The notes under the pieces are model-generated. The model worked only from the letters and a program-made list of their open reading frames with translations. It did no database searches and was not told the origin of the DNA. Positions 34,786-44,093 of a DNA stretch of 64,000 bases are shown here, piece after piece. The position numbers and the translations under genes were made by a program. The DNA lies in NCBI GenBank assembly GCA_947487765.1, contig CANKXO010000007.1, forward strand, positions 22,180 to 86,179, in the 5' to 3' direction. This DNA comes from an uncultured Pseudomonadales bacterium (lineage in GTDB: Bacteria; Pseudomonadota; Gammaproteobacteria; Pseudomonadales; Cellvibrionaceae). Position 1 is the stretch's first letter; each line of letters begins with the position of its first letter.

Positions 34786-34931
34786 AGGCCAGTGACGCGT
34801 GTGTAGTCTATAAACCAGAACGGCGATGCACCGCTCAAATTGCAAGGTAGATAAGTCACGCTGACACCTGTGCTAGTATAGCAGTGTTGTTAGGTTTTAA
34901 AAGAGCGCTATTAAAATTCTTCATGATCTCT

Positions 34932-36572
34932 TTAACCGTTTGCTAAGGAATATTGTTTTCTGATCGCTAATATATGTTCGCATGGCCCCATGCGCAGTAA
35001 ATTCGTTCGATAAAAATAACAGTCGCAGCTAGCCTCTTTTAAACGTTGATCGCCGTCAATTTTAATCTCAGTGTTCAAATGGTGTCCGTCATCAATGACT
35101 GTTCCTTGAATTTGAGCACCTCTTTCATTTTCTAGCTTATGATGAATTGTCACCAAGTTGGCGGCCACAAATCGAGCAGACTTTTCATCGCGCTCATTAG
35201 CAAAACGCAATGAGTCCATCGGTAAAGGTTGTTGGCTAAGTTCACGGATACGATAAACACTTCCGGCTAAATCATAAAGCACTTGCCCCTGTTGGCTATA
35301 GGCAGCCAATGCAGATTTCACTACTGACTCATCTAAATGCAGTCGTCGTGCCAGTGAGTCACTGGATTCTTGCCATGTCTCTGATAGTGCTTGGTAAACA
35401 CGTTTAAGTGTTACTTCGTCAACATCACCTCTAGGCGCTAATAGATCAAAGTTACCCATTCGTGACCAATCATTTGCTGACCAGCCCGACAAACCTAAGG
35501 TAAATGTCATATCGCCTAAATCGGCAACGTAAAAACTAGGTAAGCCATTACCTAATAGATGTACCGTAAATTTTTTGGCGATAGGGATTAAACGCTCCAA
35601 TATATGCAGGCGACGGCGCCCCCATATACGAATTGATCTAGCGTCATTTCCTGTATAAATGCTTCTGGCTAATATTAATTCTGTGCCCCATGGCTCTAAG
35701 ATAATTTTAATAGGCTCATCTGATGCCAGTTCAAATCGTATTGCCCGAGGGCCTACGCGCTCTCTTTTACGCCGCAACATATAACAAATATTGTGAATAT
35801 CCATTGGGTGCAATGTTAATGTGGTCATGGGTAAGGTCATAGCTGAGCTTACCTGTAAAAAACCACGCACCCAGCTTTCAGGAAGATCAATTTTCTTTTC
35901 GTCAAATTGTTCCTCATGGCTGGTTTGCATACTGAAACCATCGGGGTCAATTGCCAATGCTGTTTGGCGATACTCTCTTATTTTTTGAAATTCGTTGTAT
36001 AAACCTTCCGAGTAATCAATATTTGTGGTGCCGTAAGAAGTATCGGTTATATTATCAAATACGTCATAGCTACAGCTAAGTTTTCCGTAACTTGATTCAT
36101 CTTCAGAAAAACATTCAAAAAAAACTTCGTCGGGATGGACGGTAATTACTGGGTCAAGTACATACCAAGCATCCATATCGGTTTTATAAAGATGTTTGAA
36201 ATATTTGTTCTGAGCTGTATAAAAAGGCCCCATTAATGCTTGGCTTTGCTTGCTAAGTTCAGATAGTTCTTTGCGCACAAGCTCAATTTCGCCTTCCACC
36301 TGTGACTTGCGACCAATAAATTCTGCCAATAGCCGCTCTTCTTCTTCAGCTAGCCAGCGCTCGTATTCGCTGCGATCTTTTGGCTGAAAGCGCATATCAG
36401 AAATCACAACATTGTGTAGTGCCGATATCGCCTCACGAAAAGCTATTTTCTGCTTAAGCTGTCCTACAAAATAAGTAGGTAGGCGCAAACTGTCAGGCAC
36501 AAAAGATACATCTGTACTCGCTGCATTGCTCGCAACATGGCTCTGCCCATGATATCGATAACGAAATTCCAT
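34932..36572 (-). CDS. SWIM zinc-finger domain protein
   Basis: 546 aa. A C-terminal SWIM CxC...CxH signature is present (ASCDCYFYRTNLLRMGPCEHILAIR). It lies directly downstream of the WGR protein on the same strand. Confidence 0.8.
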   Translation of the reverse strand: MEFRYRYHGQSHVASNAASTDVSFVPDSLRLPTYFVGQLKQKIAFREAISALHNVVISDMRFQPKDRSEYERWLAEEEERLLAEFIGRKSQVEGEIELVRKELSELSKQSQALMGPFYTAQNKYFKHLYKTDMDAWYVLDPVITVHPDEVFFECFSEDESSYGKLSCSYDVFDNITDTSYGTTNIDYSEGLYNEFQKIREYRQTALAIDPDGFSMQTSHEEQFDEKKIDLPESWVRGFLQVSSAMTLPMTTLTLHPMDIHNICYMLRRKRERVGPRAIRFELASDEPIKIILEPWGTELILARSIYTGNDARSIRIWGRRRLHILERLIPIAKKFTVHLLGNGLPSFYVADLGDMTFTLGLSGWSANDWSRMGNFDLLAPRGDVDEVTLKRVYQALSETWQESSDSLARRLHLDESVVKSALAAYSQQGQVLYDLAGSVYRIRELSQQPLPMDSLRFANERDEKSARFVAANLVTIHHKLENERGAQIQGTVIDDGHHLNTEIKIDGDQRLKEASCDCYFYRTNLLRMGPCEHILAIRKQYSLANG

Positions 36573-36643
36573 ATTTTTGCCTGAGAAATTTTTCTGAAAA
36601 TTATGAATCTAATGCGTTTTTGTATAATTTTTATATAGCGTTT

Positions 36644-39600
36644 TTAAACACCCAGCGATGCAGGTTGTTTAATGGGTACCTTTTTGGCTGTTAAGGGTGA
36701 TGCTATATCTGGATACAATGATTGTAATTTAAGCATAGCTTTTATCAAAGCGGCTTTATCTTTATGTACCATAGTTAACGAAATTCGTTCCAATAAAGGC
36801 ATTACCATAGTGGCAACACTTATATCTTTTTCTGCTTCTCTTAATAAAAACAGTAGAATCCTATCTTTACAAACGCGACCCTTATTAATTTGTGATAACG
36901 CTGTTGTAAAATAAGCTTGTAATGAAAGTATATGGCTAGGAATACCCGCCGCGTATTCTTCTAAAAAACTGCTGACAAAAAGCTGTACATTATTTGACGG
37001 ATGCTGGCTTAACTTAAGCAAGTATTCTGGGCCATACTCAGCTTTAAAAAAAGATTGTAGTATTTCGCGTCCAAAGCTTTGTACGTCATCTCTGATGCTG
37101 TCGCAAATAAAAATAACAATTTCAGGGCTCCAATCTTCTTGGCTGTATTGTTGTCGAAAAAAATCAAAGCCAAAGGTTCTTGCATCGTCCCAGTTGCTAT
37201 TTAGAATTCGAAGAGCATCACGACTGTATTGTTTAATTTCATCTACATTTTTCTCGTAAGCCTGAAATGCAAACTGCCTGACAGATACATCGCTATGCTG
37301 GCCTAATATTGCCCATTGTTTGACTGAAAATATATCTGCATTACGTTCAGTTAAGGTTATGGCGCCCACTCGTTGAGCACAGATAGATTGTGCCTGTAAT
37401 AAGCGCCATAGCATATCATTGTCTAGTTTCGTTAAATGTGATTGTGCCAATGAAGTAAAAAAGGCAATTAATTCTTCATGTTGCCCAGGCTGCTCTTCAG
37501 ACTTAAATGTCAGCGCTAATAATGTATTTTCAATCTGCTCGGATCCCTGTTGAGAGTTGGTCATTAGGCGGGAAAAAATAGAAAGTAGGGAGGCGCGCTC
37601 TTGAGTATCGCCCTTGCAATACAAGCCGACTAATAAGTCTAATTGTTTGATTAAGTCTTTATCGGCTTGTTTGCCTAGTAATGCAGCACCTATCCCTCTA
37701 ACTTCGGCTGAGGATGAATCATGAATTGCCTGTAATAAGCTGTCGGGAATATCTCCATAAGATATTTTGTGTCCAAGCAATAATTTTGCACCTAATATTT
37801 TTCTGGGTACTTTCTCGTCATGAATTAAACGTTGCAAACTAGTAAGAGGGAAGTGTTTAATTGCATCATTTAGGTTCTCAAGTGCAAAATCGGCCAAATA
37901 CTCTGCATGCTTTTCGCTTAAGTTGCTGTTCTCTAAAAAGATAGAATCAACTATAGCTTGCAATAGTTTCTCAGCATTTCTACCAGAAATCTTTTGCTGG
38001 CAAACAGCCGTTTTAATGTCACTTTGTACATCACTATGAAGAATCAATAGTAGTGATGTTAATAGTGAAATATCATCATTAATTTTGAACCTTAGTAAAG
38101 ATTGCTTACCTAATACTCTAGCCTCAGTCAGCGAGCTACTTAGTAGAGCGATTAATAATTCACTACTTAAATCGTCTTGTTTAATGCGTTCGCGAACAAT
38201 TGCTAGTGCAAATTCACAAGTACTCGCATAGTTGCTGTTCAGTAAAAGAGCTAAATCTACAGGGCTGATTTTCTGGCAAAAACTCGGTTGATTTTCTAAT
38301 ATCCGACGAGCGAAAGGATGAACCAGCTCGCATCGACTTGTTTTTAATAAGCGTAGTGCATGGCTAGGCTTTTGATCCCAAAGTTCAGCAAAGCATTCGG
38401 TACGAGATCCATTTATCAAGGAAGTACCGTCGGTATTCGACTCATCACTTTTTATCCAGACGCGGCCACTAGGTGCAAGTTGATACCCTGGATGATGTTC
38501 GAAGAGGATATGATTTAAGCTTAAGAAGCTGGCAAAAGGGCCATATTCATTGCTGGATATCAACTGGCGTTGCCAATTGTCGCCACTATTATCCCAGCGA
38601 TAAACCTCTGATGTTCGAGGCTTGCTACCATGCTCATCATTAATCGCAAGCAATGATTCTGTTGCCATATCAACATAACGGAGATCACCGGCCTGTCCTA
38701 TACGCCTGAGTACTCGCCAGCTACGACGGCGAAAGTAATCTCGTGTACGATGCGAGAAGGTCAATTTTGCATTGGCCTTTTTCAGTTCTTTAGATGGTTT
38801 AATACTGCCTTCACCGGGAAGCCATGCCCAATCCCAATCATTACGAAAAAATGCGGGTGCTGTTTCTATACGCTGCGCTAATAAGCCAAATACAGACCCG
38901 TCAAGACGTAGCTCGGATGCTTTATAAATTGATCTAATGCCCCGAAAATATCCTGGGGTTAGGGGAATAATAGCCAGTTGACTTAATAATGCTTGATGCA
39001 ATATGGGGTAAGCTAGCGATAGCTGATAACAAAGTACCAATAGCTGATTAGTATTGTTAACGTTGTCACTAGCCCCATGACTGAGCAACGCGCCAAGTTG
39101 CTGATGAGCAGTGCTACTATTTCCTTCCATAACAGCAGATTTAAACTGTGCAGGAAAGTGCTGCCAATGGCTGCCTAACAAGGCTTTGCGCGATGTTTGG
39201 TCGCTGATTAATAGTTGCGATTCAAAGGCTATATGACAAACTTGTGCTTGTTTGTGTTGCCTCAAGGTTTCTAAAACCGCCTTGTGTTGCGTGGCAACCA
39301 TCCGCCCCAAGGCCCAAGCAATAGAGTAATCCTCTAACCAATGGCCTTTCTTAATATAGGGCACAATTGCATTGGCAATAGGTTCACAATCTCGGTGCCC
39401 TAATTCCCCGAGTCGCCATATCATGCGGCTGCGAGATTTAGTCTCTTTTTCATTGGGTAAATGATTGAGTATCTGTTCAATTAGTTTAAAAGGAAAGTCA
39501 TCGGAGGCAAGATTGCTAGAAGGGACGCCTGCAAGTGTAGGCGAGGTAGTAGTAGGGGACTGTTTTGCTTGTTCTCTATCCCAATAGCCTTTATTGACTT

Positions 39601-39820
39601 TGGATACAACAACACTATCAAATAGCTTCTCTGCTTTGCTAAGCTCAACAGCTTCAGGGGTTTTAGTGCCTTCTCTTAATTGATTGCCGCGACGCCCGTA
39701 TCGAAAATTAACGAGATAACGTTCATCTTTTCGGCTTGCTAACTCACATAAATCAACTTCATAAACTTTGTCGGAATTGCCTTCCTGATACACCAATCGA
39801 GATTGCTTGATTAGTCGCAT
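36644..39820 (-). CDS. WGR-domain protein with long helical (HEAT/ARM-like) repeat region
   Basis: 1058 aa. An N-terminal WGR domain is present (LVYQEGNSDKVYEVDL...YLVNFRYGRRGNQLREGTK...AEKLFDSVVVSKVNKGYW). The remainder is leucine-rich and alpha-helical in character. Confidence 0.8.
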   Translation of the reverse strand: MRLIKQSRLVYQEGNSDKVYEVDLCELASRKDERYLVNFRYGRRGNQLREGTKTPEAVELSKAEKLFDSVVVSKVNKGYWDREQAKQSPTTTSPTLAGVPSSNLASDDFPFKLIEQILNHLPNEKETKSRSRMIWRLGELGHRDCEPIANAIVPYIKKGHWLEDYSIAWALGRMVATQHKAVLETLRQHKQAQVCHIAFESQLLISDQTSRKALLGSHWQHFPAQFKSAVMEGNSSTAHQQLGALLSHGASDNVNNTNQLLVLCYQLSLAYPILHQALLSQLAIIPLTPGYFRGIRSIYKASELRLDGSVFGLLAQRIETAPAFFRNDWDWAWLPGEGSIKPSKELKKANAKLTFSHRTRDYFRRRSWRVLRRIGQAGDLRYVDMATESLLAINDEHGSKPRTSEVYRWDNSGDNWQRQLISSNEYGPFASFLSLNHILFEHHPGYQLAPSGRVWIKSDESNTDGTSLINGSRTECFAELWDQKPSHALRLLKTSRCELVHPFARRILENQPSFCQKISPVDLALLLNSNYASTCEFALAIVRERIKQDDLSSELLIALLSSSLTEARVLGKQSLLRFKINDDISLLTSLLLILHSDVQSDIKTAVCQQKISGRNAEKLLQAIVDSIFLENSNLSEKHAEYLADFALENLNDAIKHFPLTSLQRLIHDEKVPRKILGAKLLLGHKISYGDIPDSLLQAIHDSSSAEVRGIGAALLGKQADKDLIKQLDLLVGLYCKGDTQERASLLSIFSRLMTNSQQGSEQIENTLLALTFKSEEQPGQHEELIAFFTSLAQSHLTKLDNDMLWRLLQAQSICAQRVGAITLTERNADIFSVKQWAILGQHSDVSVRQFAFQAYEKNVDEIKQYSRDALRILNSNWDDARTFGFDFFRQQYSQEDWSPEIVIFICDSIRDDVQSFGREILQSFFKAEYGPEYLLKLSQHPSNNVQLFVSSFLEEYAAGIPSHILSLQAYFTTALSQINKGRVCKDRILLFLLREAEKDISVATMVMPLLERISLTMVHKDKAALIKAMLKLQSLYPDIASPLTAKKVPIKQPASLGV

Positions 39821-40200
39821 AGCTTCCTTAAACTCTTTTATTTTTTGATAAACTTATTTTTTTGAGTATAGCATTATCCTAATAATGGACAAGACTACAT
39901 GGCTATATTATATCTAGAGTTTACACTCGCTCTATCGTAAAGACTATGCTTCTATATACTTCATTCACGTTTTATTAGATAGCAATTATAACCTTTACCC
40001 CTTTCCCTGACGTGATTGTAAAGTGTTAATTTCATATTTGGGTTTACGGCGGTGCTATAATTTTGGTTGCTGTGTCAGGAAGTGTCGCGTTATTTTCAAT
40101 TCTAAAGGTTATCTTGATGAATGTGTTACCTAGCCCGATGACAAATATGTAATTACTATATTTTAAACAATTTTTAAATGCTTAACTGGTAGTAAAGTAT

Positions 40201-41460
40201 ATGCAATTAAATAATAAAAAAGTTTACTTAGTTGGCGGAGCTGTCCGTGACGAACTATTGAATCGCCCAGTTTCAGATCGAGACTGGGTGGTGATTGGTG
40301 TGACTCCAGAAATGTTGATTAAGCAAGGCTATCGGCAAATCGGTAGTGACTTTCCTTGCTTTTTGCATCCTGAAACCAAAGATGAATATGCACTGGCACG
40401 TACGGAGAAAAAATCAGGAAGCGGCCATACAGGGTTTGTGTGTGATTTTAGTCCTGAGGTAACTCTCGAAGAAGATTTATCTCGGCGCGACCTCACCATC
40501 AATGCCATTGCTAAAACAGTAGAGGGTGAATATGTTGATCCTTATGGAGGCAGAGAAGATTTAGAGAATCGAATATTGCGCCATGTATCAGATGCATTTG
40601 CTGAAGACCCATTGCGTGTGTTACGCGTTGCTCGTTTTGCCGCTCGCTACGCAGAGTTAGGTTTTACGGTACACCCAAGTACATTAGCCTTAATGGCTCA
40701 GTTAGTCAGTTCTGGTGAACTATCAGAATTAACACCAGAGCGAGTCTGGAAAGAAATGTCTCGTGCATTAACAGAGCCTCGTCCTAGTGAGTTCTTTCGT
40801 GTGCTTCGTGCCTGTGGTGCTTTGTCGGTACTATTACCCGAAGTAGATTGCTTATTCGGTGTTCCTCAGCCACCCCAACATCATCCTGAAATTGATACCG
40901 GCGATCATGTAATGATGGTGGTTGATATCGCTAAAGAGCGCTTTGATTCTATTAATATCACTTGGGCTGCCTTAATGCATGATTTAGGAAAAGGGCTGAC
41001 GCCTGAAGAGGAGTGGCCCAAGCATATCCGTCATGAAATTAAAGGTGTGCCATTAGTTGAGGCTGTTTGCGAGCGTTATAAAGTTCCGCGTGATTTTAAA
41101 ACATTAGCAATGTTAGTTTCTGAGCACCATTTGCGTTGCCATAAATTATTAGAGATGAGACCAAAATCCATTATGCGCTTATTAGAAGCGCTGGATGCTT
41201 TTAGGCGGCCAGAGAGGGTTAAATATTTTGCGCAAGCCTGCGAAGCCGACGCCAGAGGTCGCTTAGGTTTAGAAGATAGAGATTACCCACAATCGTCACT
41301 ATTAATAAAATGCGGTGAAGTGGGGAAGGATATAGATATTAAGCCTTTACTGGATGAAGGCTACCAAGGCTTGAAGCTGGCGGAACAGATTCGCCGTTTA
41401 CGACTAGGGGCGATTAAGAGGTTTATGGCAAATTATCGAAAAGAAATATTAGGGAAATAA
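40201..41460 (+). CDS. cca: Multifunctional CCA-adding tRNA nucleotidyltransferase with HD domain
   Basis: Starts VYLVGGAVRDELLNRPVSDRDWVV. The class-II NTase head is followed by an HD region (HHPEIDTGDHVMMV...HDLGK). 419 aa, like gammaproteobacterial Cca. Confidence 0.92.
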   Translation: MQLNNKKVYLVGGAVRDELLNRPVSDRDWVVIGVTPEMLIKQGYRQIGSDFPCFLHPETKDEYALARTEKKSGSGHTGFVCDFSPEVTLEEDLSRRDLTINAIAKTVEGEYVDPYGGREDLENRILRHVSDAFAEDPLRVLRVARFAARYAELGFTVHPSTLALMAQLVSSGELSELTPERVWKEMSRALTEPRPSEFFRVLRACGALSVLLPEVDCLFGVPQPPQHHPEIDTGDHVMMVVDIAKERFDSINITWAALMHDLGKGLTPEEEWPKHIRHEIKGVPLVEAVCERYKVPRDFKTLAMLVSEHHLRCHKLLEMRPKSIMRLLEALDAFRRPERVKYFAQACEADARGRLGLEDRDYPQSSLLIKCGEVGKDIDIKPLLDEGYQGLKLAEQIRRLRLGAIKRFMANYRKEILGK

Positions 41461-41464
41461 TAAG

Positions 41465-42367
41465 ATGAGCAGTAAAACTCAGCATTTAATTAAACAAGGT
41501 TTACTCAAGTCTCCGCCTAAGTTTTTGGAAACCGGGGTACAGTATGAAGTGGTTATGGGCTCTATTGCCTATGGTGTTGCTGAAGATCACTCTGATATGG
41601 ATATTTATGGTTTTGCCATTCCACCACGAGACTGGGTATTTCCTCACTTAAGAGGAGAAATTTCAGGTTTTGATGAATCTGGCCCTCAATTTGAGCAAGT
41701 GCAGCAACATCATATGTTGGATAAGTCTGCACGTGGAGGTAAAGGCAAGGAGTATGATTTGGTCATCTATTCGATTATTAAATACTTTCGCTTACTGATG
41801 GATAATAACCCTAATATTATTGATTCTTTATTTGTGCCGCGCAATTGTGTGCTTTATAGCACTGCTGTTGGTGAGATGGTCCGCGAAAACCGTCATCTAT
41901 TCTTGCATAAAGGTTGTTGGGCAAAGTTCAAAGGTTATGCTTATTCACAAGTACATAAAATGCGAACAAAGGTTCCAGAAGGTGGCCGTCAAGCGATCAT
42001 TGATGAATATGGTTATGATGTAAAATTTGCCTATCATGTTGTTCGGTTACTGAATGAAGTCGAGCAAATATTAATTGAAAAAGACCTTGATTTGGCACGA
42101 AATAAAGAGCAATTAAAATCGATACGCCGTGGCGAATGGACACAGCAAGCCATTGAAGAATATTTTACTAATAAAGAAAAACAACTTGAGCAAACTTATC
42201 TGGACAGTGCCTTGCCTGCGTTACCGGATAAAGCAGCTATTAAAAAGTTATTGTTGGAATGCTTGGAGCATCATTACGGCTCATTATCTGAATGTATTGT
42301 TCAGGAAGATGAGGCTTTGATCGCTATTCGAGAAATTGAAACGATAGTGCAACGCTTGAAAAAGTAA
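41465..42367 (+). CDS. Pol-beta-superfamily nucleotidyltransferase (RNA-repair-associated 'RlaP'-like family, from memory)
   Basis: The NTase signature GSIAYGVAEDHSDMDIYGF (GS...DxD) is present. 300 aa. It starts 4 nt after the cca stop. Confidence 0.65.
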   Translation: MSSKTQHLIKQGLLKSPPKFLETGVQYEVVMGSIAYGVAEDHSDMDIYGFAIPPRDWVFPHLRGEISGFDESGPQFEQVQQHHMLDKSARGGKGKEYDLVIYSIIKYFRLLMDNNPNIIDSLFVPRNCVLYSTAVGEMVRENRHLFLHKGCWAKFKGYAYSQVHKMRTKVPEGGRQAIIDEYGYDVKFAYHVVRLLNEVEQILIEKDLDLARNKEQLKSIRRGEWTQQAIEEYFTNKEKQLEQTYLDSALPALPDKAAIKKLLLECLEHHYGSLSECIVQEDEALIAIREIETIVQRLKK

Positions 42368-42864
42368 GCCTTTATTTTTTAATTGAACCACTTTGTATTT
42401 GTTAACCTATAAAAATACTCATTAATATAGTTGTAGTTAATTTTTGTAAGGAAATGTTATAAAAATTATGAATAAAGATATTGATATATAATTTTAATAT
42501 GACTATAGTGCGCGCAGTTTTTACAAATCACCTTTAATCAATACTCTACAGGAGGCTCAAGTATGTTGTATCTAAATAATCAAATCGCATTGTTGGGTTT
42601 GTCTGTATCTTGTTCTTATAGCTAACATTTTTGTTAACGCTATAGCTATCTTTCAGATAAATCCTCTTAGCTAAACGTCTTAACTGTACGTTATAGGTAG
42701 TTTTGCGTAATTTTTTAAGCTAATTCTTGTTGGTCAAATTCTATCGACCATACATTTGCATTTTTTTATGCGGTTAGCGATTAATCTGTATCGCCTTTTG
42801 TTTCAACTCGAAAATATTTTTTGAGGGGGCAATGTCGTGCCTAAAAACATGAGTAGAAATTTTA

Positions 42865-44091
42865 ATGGACACTTATATTAAAAAAATTAATACGCTGGTT
42901 GATCGGCAGGCGAGAGTTGTTATCTTTGATGATAATTGGCTTGAAGATTCTGCTGTTGAGCAGTTGAAAAGAACAATGGAATTAGACGGCATGTTGAGAG
43001 GTATCGGTATGCTTGACCTGCACCCAGGTAAGGGGCAACCAATTGGTGCAGCGTTTGTAACGTGTAATGCCATCTATCCTCACCTTGTCGGGAGTGATAT
43101 CGGTTGTGGTATGGGATTATGGGATTTAGATATTCCAGTCCGAAAAGTTAAATTGGATAAATGGGAGAAGCAATTAGTTGGCCTTGATGAATTTTGGGAT
43201 GGATATCCAAATGATCGGTTACAGAAAAAAGATATTGATACAACTGATACTTTTTTATTATCTGAAAACGGTAAGTTAGGAACCATCGGTGGTGGTAATC
43301 ATTTTGCAGAGCTACAGAAAATTGACAGTATTATTGATTCTGTTGCGTTTAAGCAGTCAGGTCTCAATCATCAGTCTGTTAAATTACTAGTGCATAGTGG
43401 TTCGAGAGGTCTGGGCCAAAAAATTCTCAGGCGCTATGTTGATGATTTTGGCTCAAGCGCTATTTCGACAAATGAACAACCTGAACTTGGTCAACATTAT
43501 ATTCAGCAACATAACTACGCTATCAGATGGGCTGAAGTGAATCGTGATGTCATTGCAGACCGGTTCTGTGAACAGCTCAAAGCGCAGCGGAGATTGGTAT
43601 TGGATGTTGCTCACAACAGGGTTGACCCATTGGCTGAGGAATACGCTGAAGCGATGGGGTTATTAACAAAGAGGCTGCCAGGAAATGGCAACAAAAAATA
43701 CTGGATACACCGTAAAGGCGCAAGCCCAACTAATGAAGGGTTGGTCATGATACCGGGGTCTCGTGGTAGCTTGAGCTACCTTGTTAAGCCTCGTTTGTCG
43801 AATATTCATAGTCTTTCTCAAGGTGGTTTTTCATTGGCCCATGGTGCAGGACGTAAATGGAAGCGAAGTGATGTTCGAGGACGATTAGAAAGCCGCTATA
43901 AAGTAAAAGATTTGGAAAAAACAGCCTTGGGTAGTCGAGTTATTTGTAAGCAACGCGACTTACTGTATGAGGAAGCACCTCAGGCTTACAAAAATATAAG
44001 TCATGTAATAAGTGATTTGGTTGGCGCTGGTCTTGTCGATATTGTTGCAACATTTAAACCGTTACTGACTTATAAGACACGGAGGGTATAA
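42865..44091 (+). CDS. rtcB: RNA ligase RtcB, PrfH-associated paralog (copy 2)
   Basis: RtcB motifs are present: GSDIGCGMG, GGGNHFAEL, HSGSRGLG, AHNRV, PGSRGSLSY, LAHGAGRKW. prfH begins 2 nt after its stop. Confidence 0.9.
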   Translation: MDTYIKKINTLVDRQARVVIFDDNWLEDSAVEQLKRTMELDGMLRGIGMLDLHPGKGQPIGAAFVTCNAIYPHLVGSDIGCGMGLWDLDIPVRKVKLDKWEKQLVGLDEFWDGYPNDRLQKKDIDTTDTFLLSENGKLGTIGGGNHFAELQKIDSIIDSVAFKQSGLNHQSVKLLVHSGSRGLGQKILRRYVDDFGSSAISTNEQPELGQHYIQQHNYAIRWAEVNRDVIADRFCEQLKAQRRLVLDVAHNRVDPLAEEYAEAMGLLTKRLPGNGNKKYWIHRKGASPTNEGLVMIPGSRGSLSYLVKPRLSNIHSLSQGGFSLAHGAGRKWKRSDVRGRLESRYKVKDLEKTALGSRVICKQRDLLYEEAPQAYKNISHVISDLVGAGLVDIVATFKPLLTYKTRRV

Positions 44092-44093
44092 AT

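Noticed and set aside
34524-34859. 111-aa ORF on the minus strand between the SWIM and RT genes
   Set aside because: It coincides with a 22-bp inverted repeat and nested hairpins and has no convincing RBS. It is more plausibly a structured non-coding RNA region.
42368-42864. Sigma-54 promoter and RtcR-type control upstream of rtcB, as in E. coli
   Set aside because: No TGGCAC-N5-TTGC element was found upstream of either rtcB, and no RtcR-like activator gene is present.
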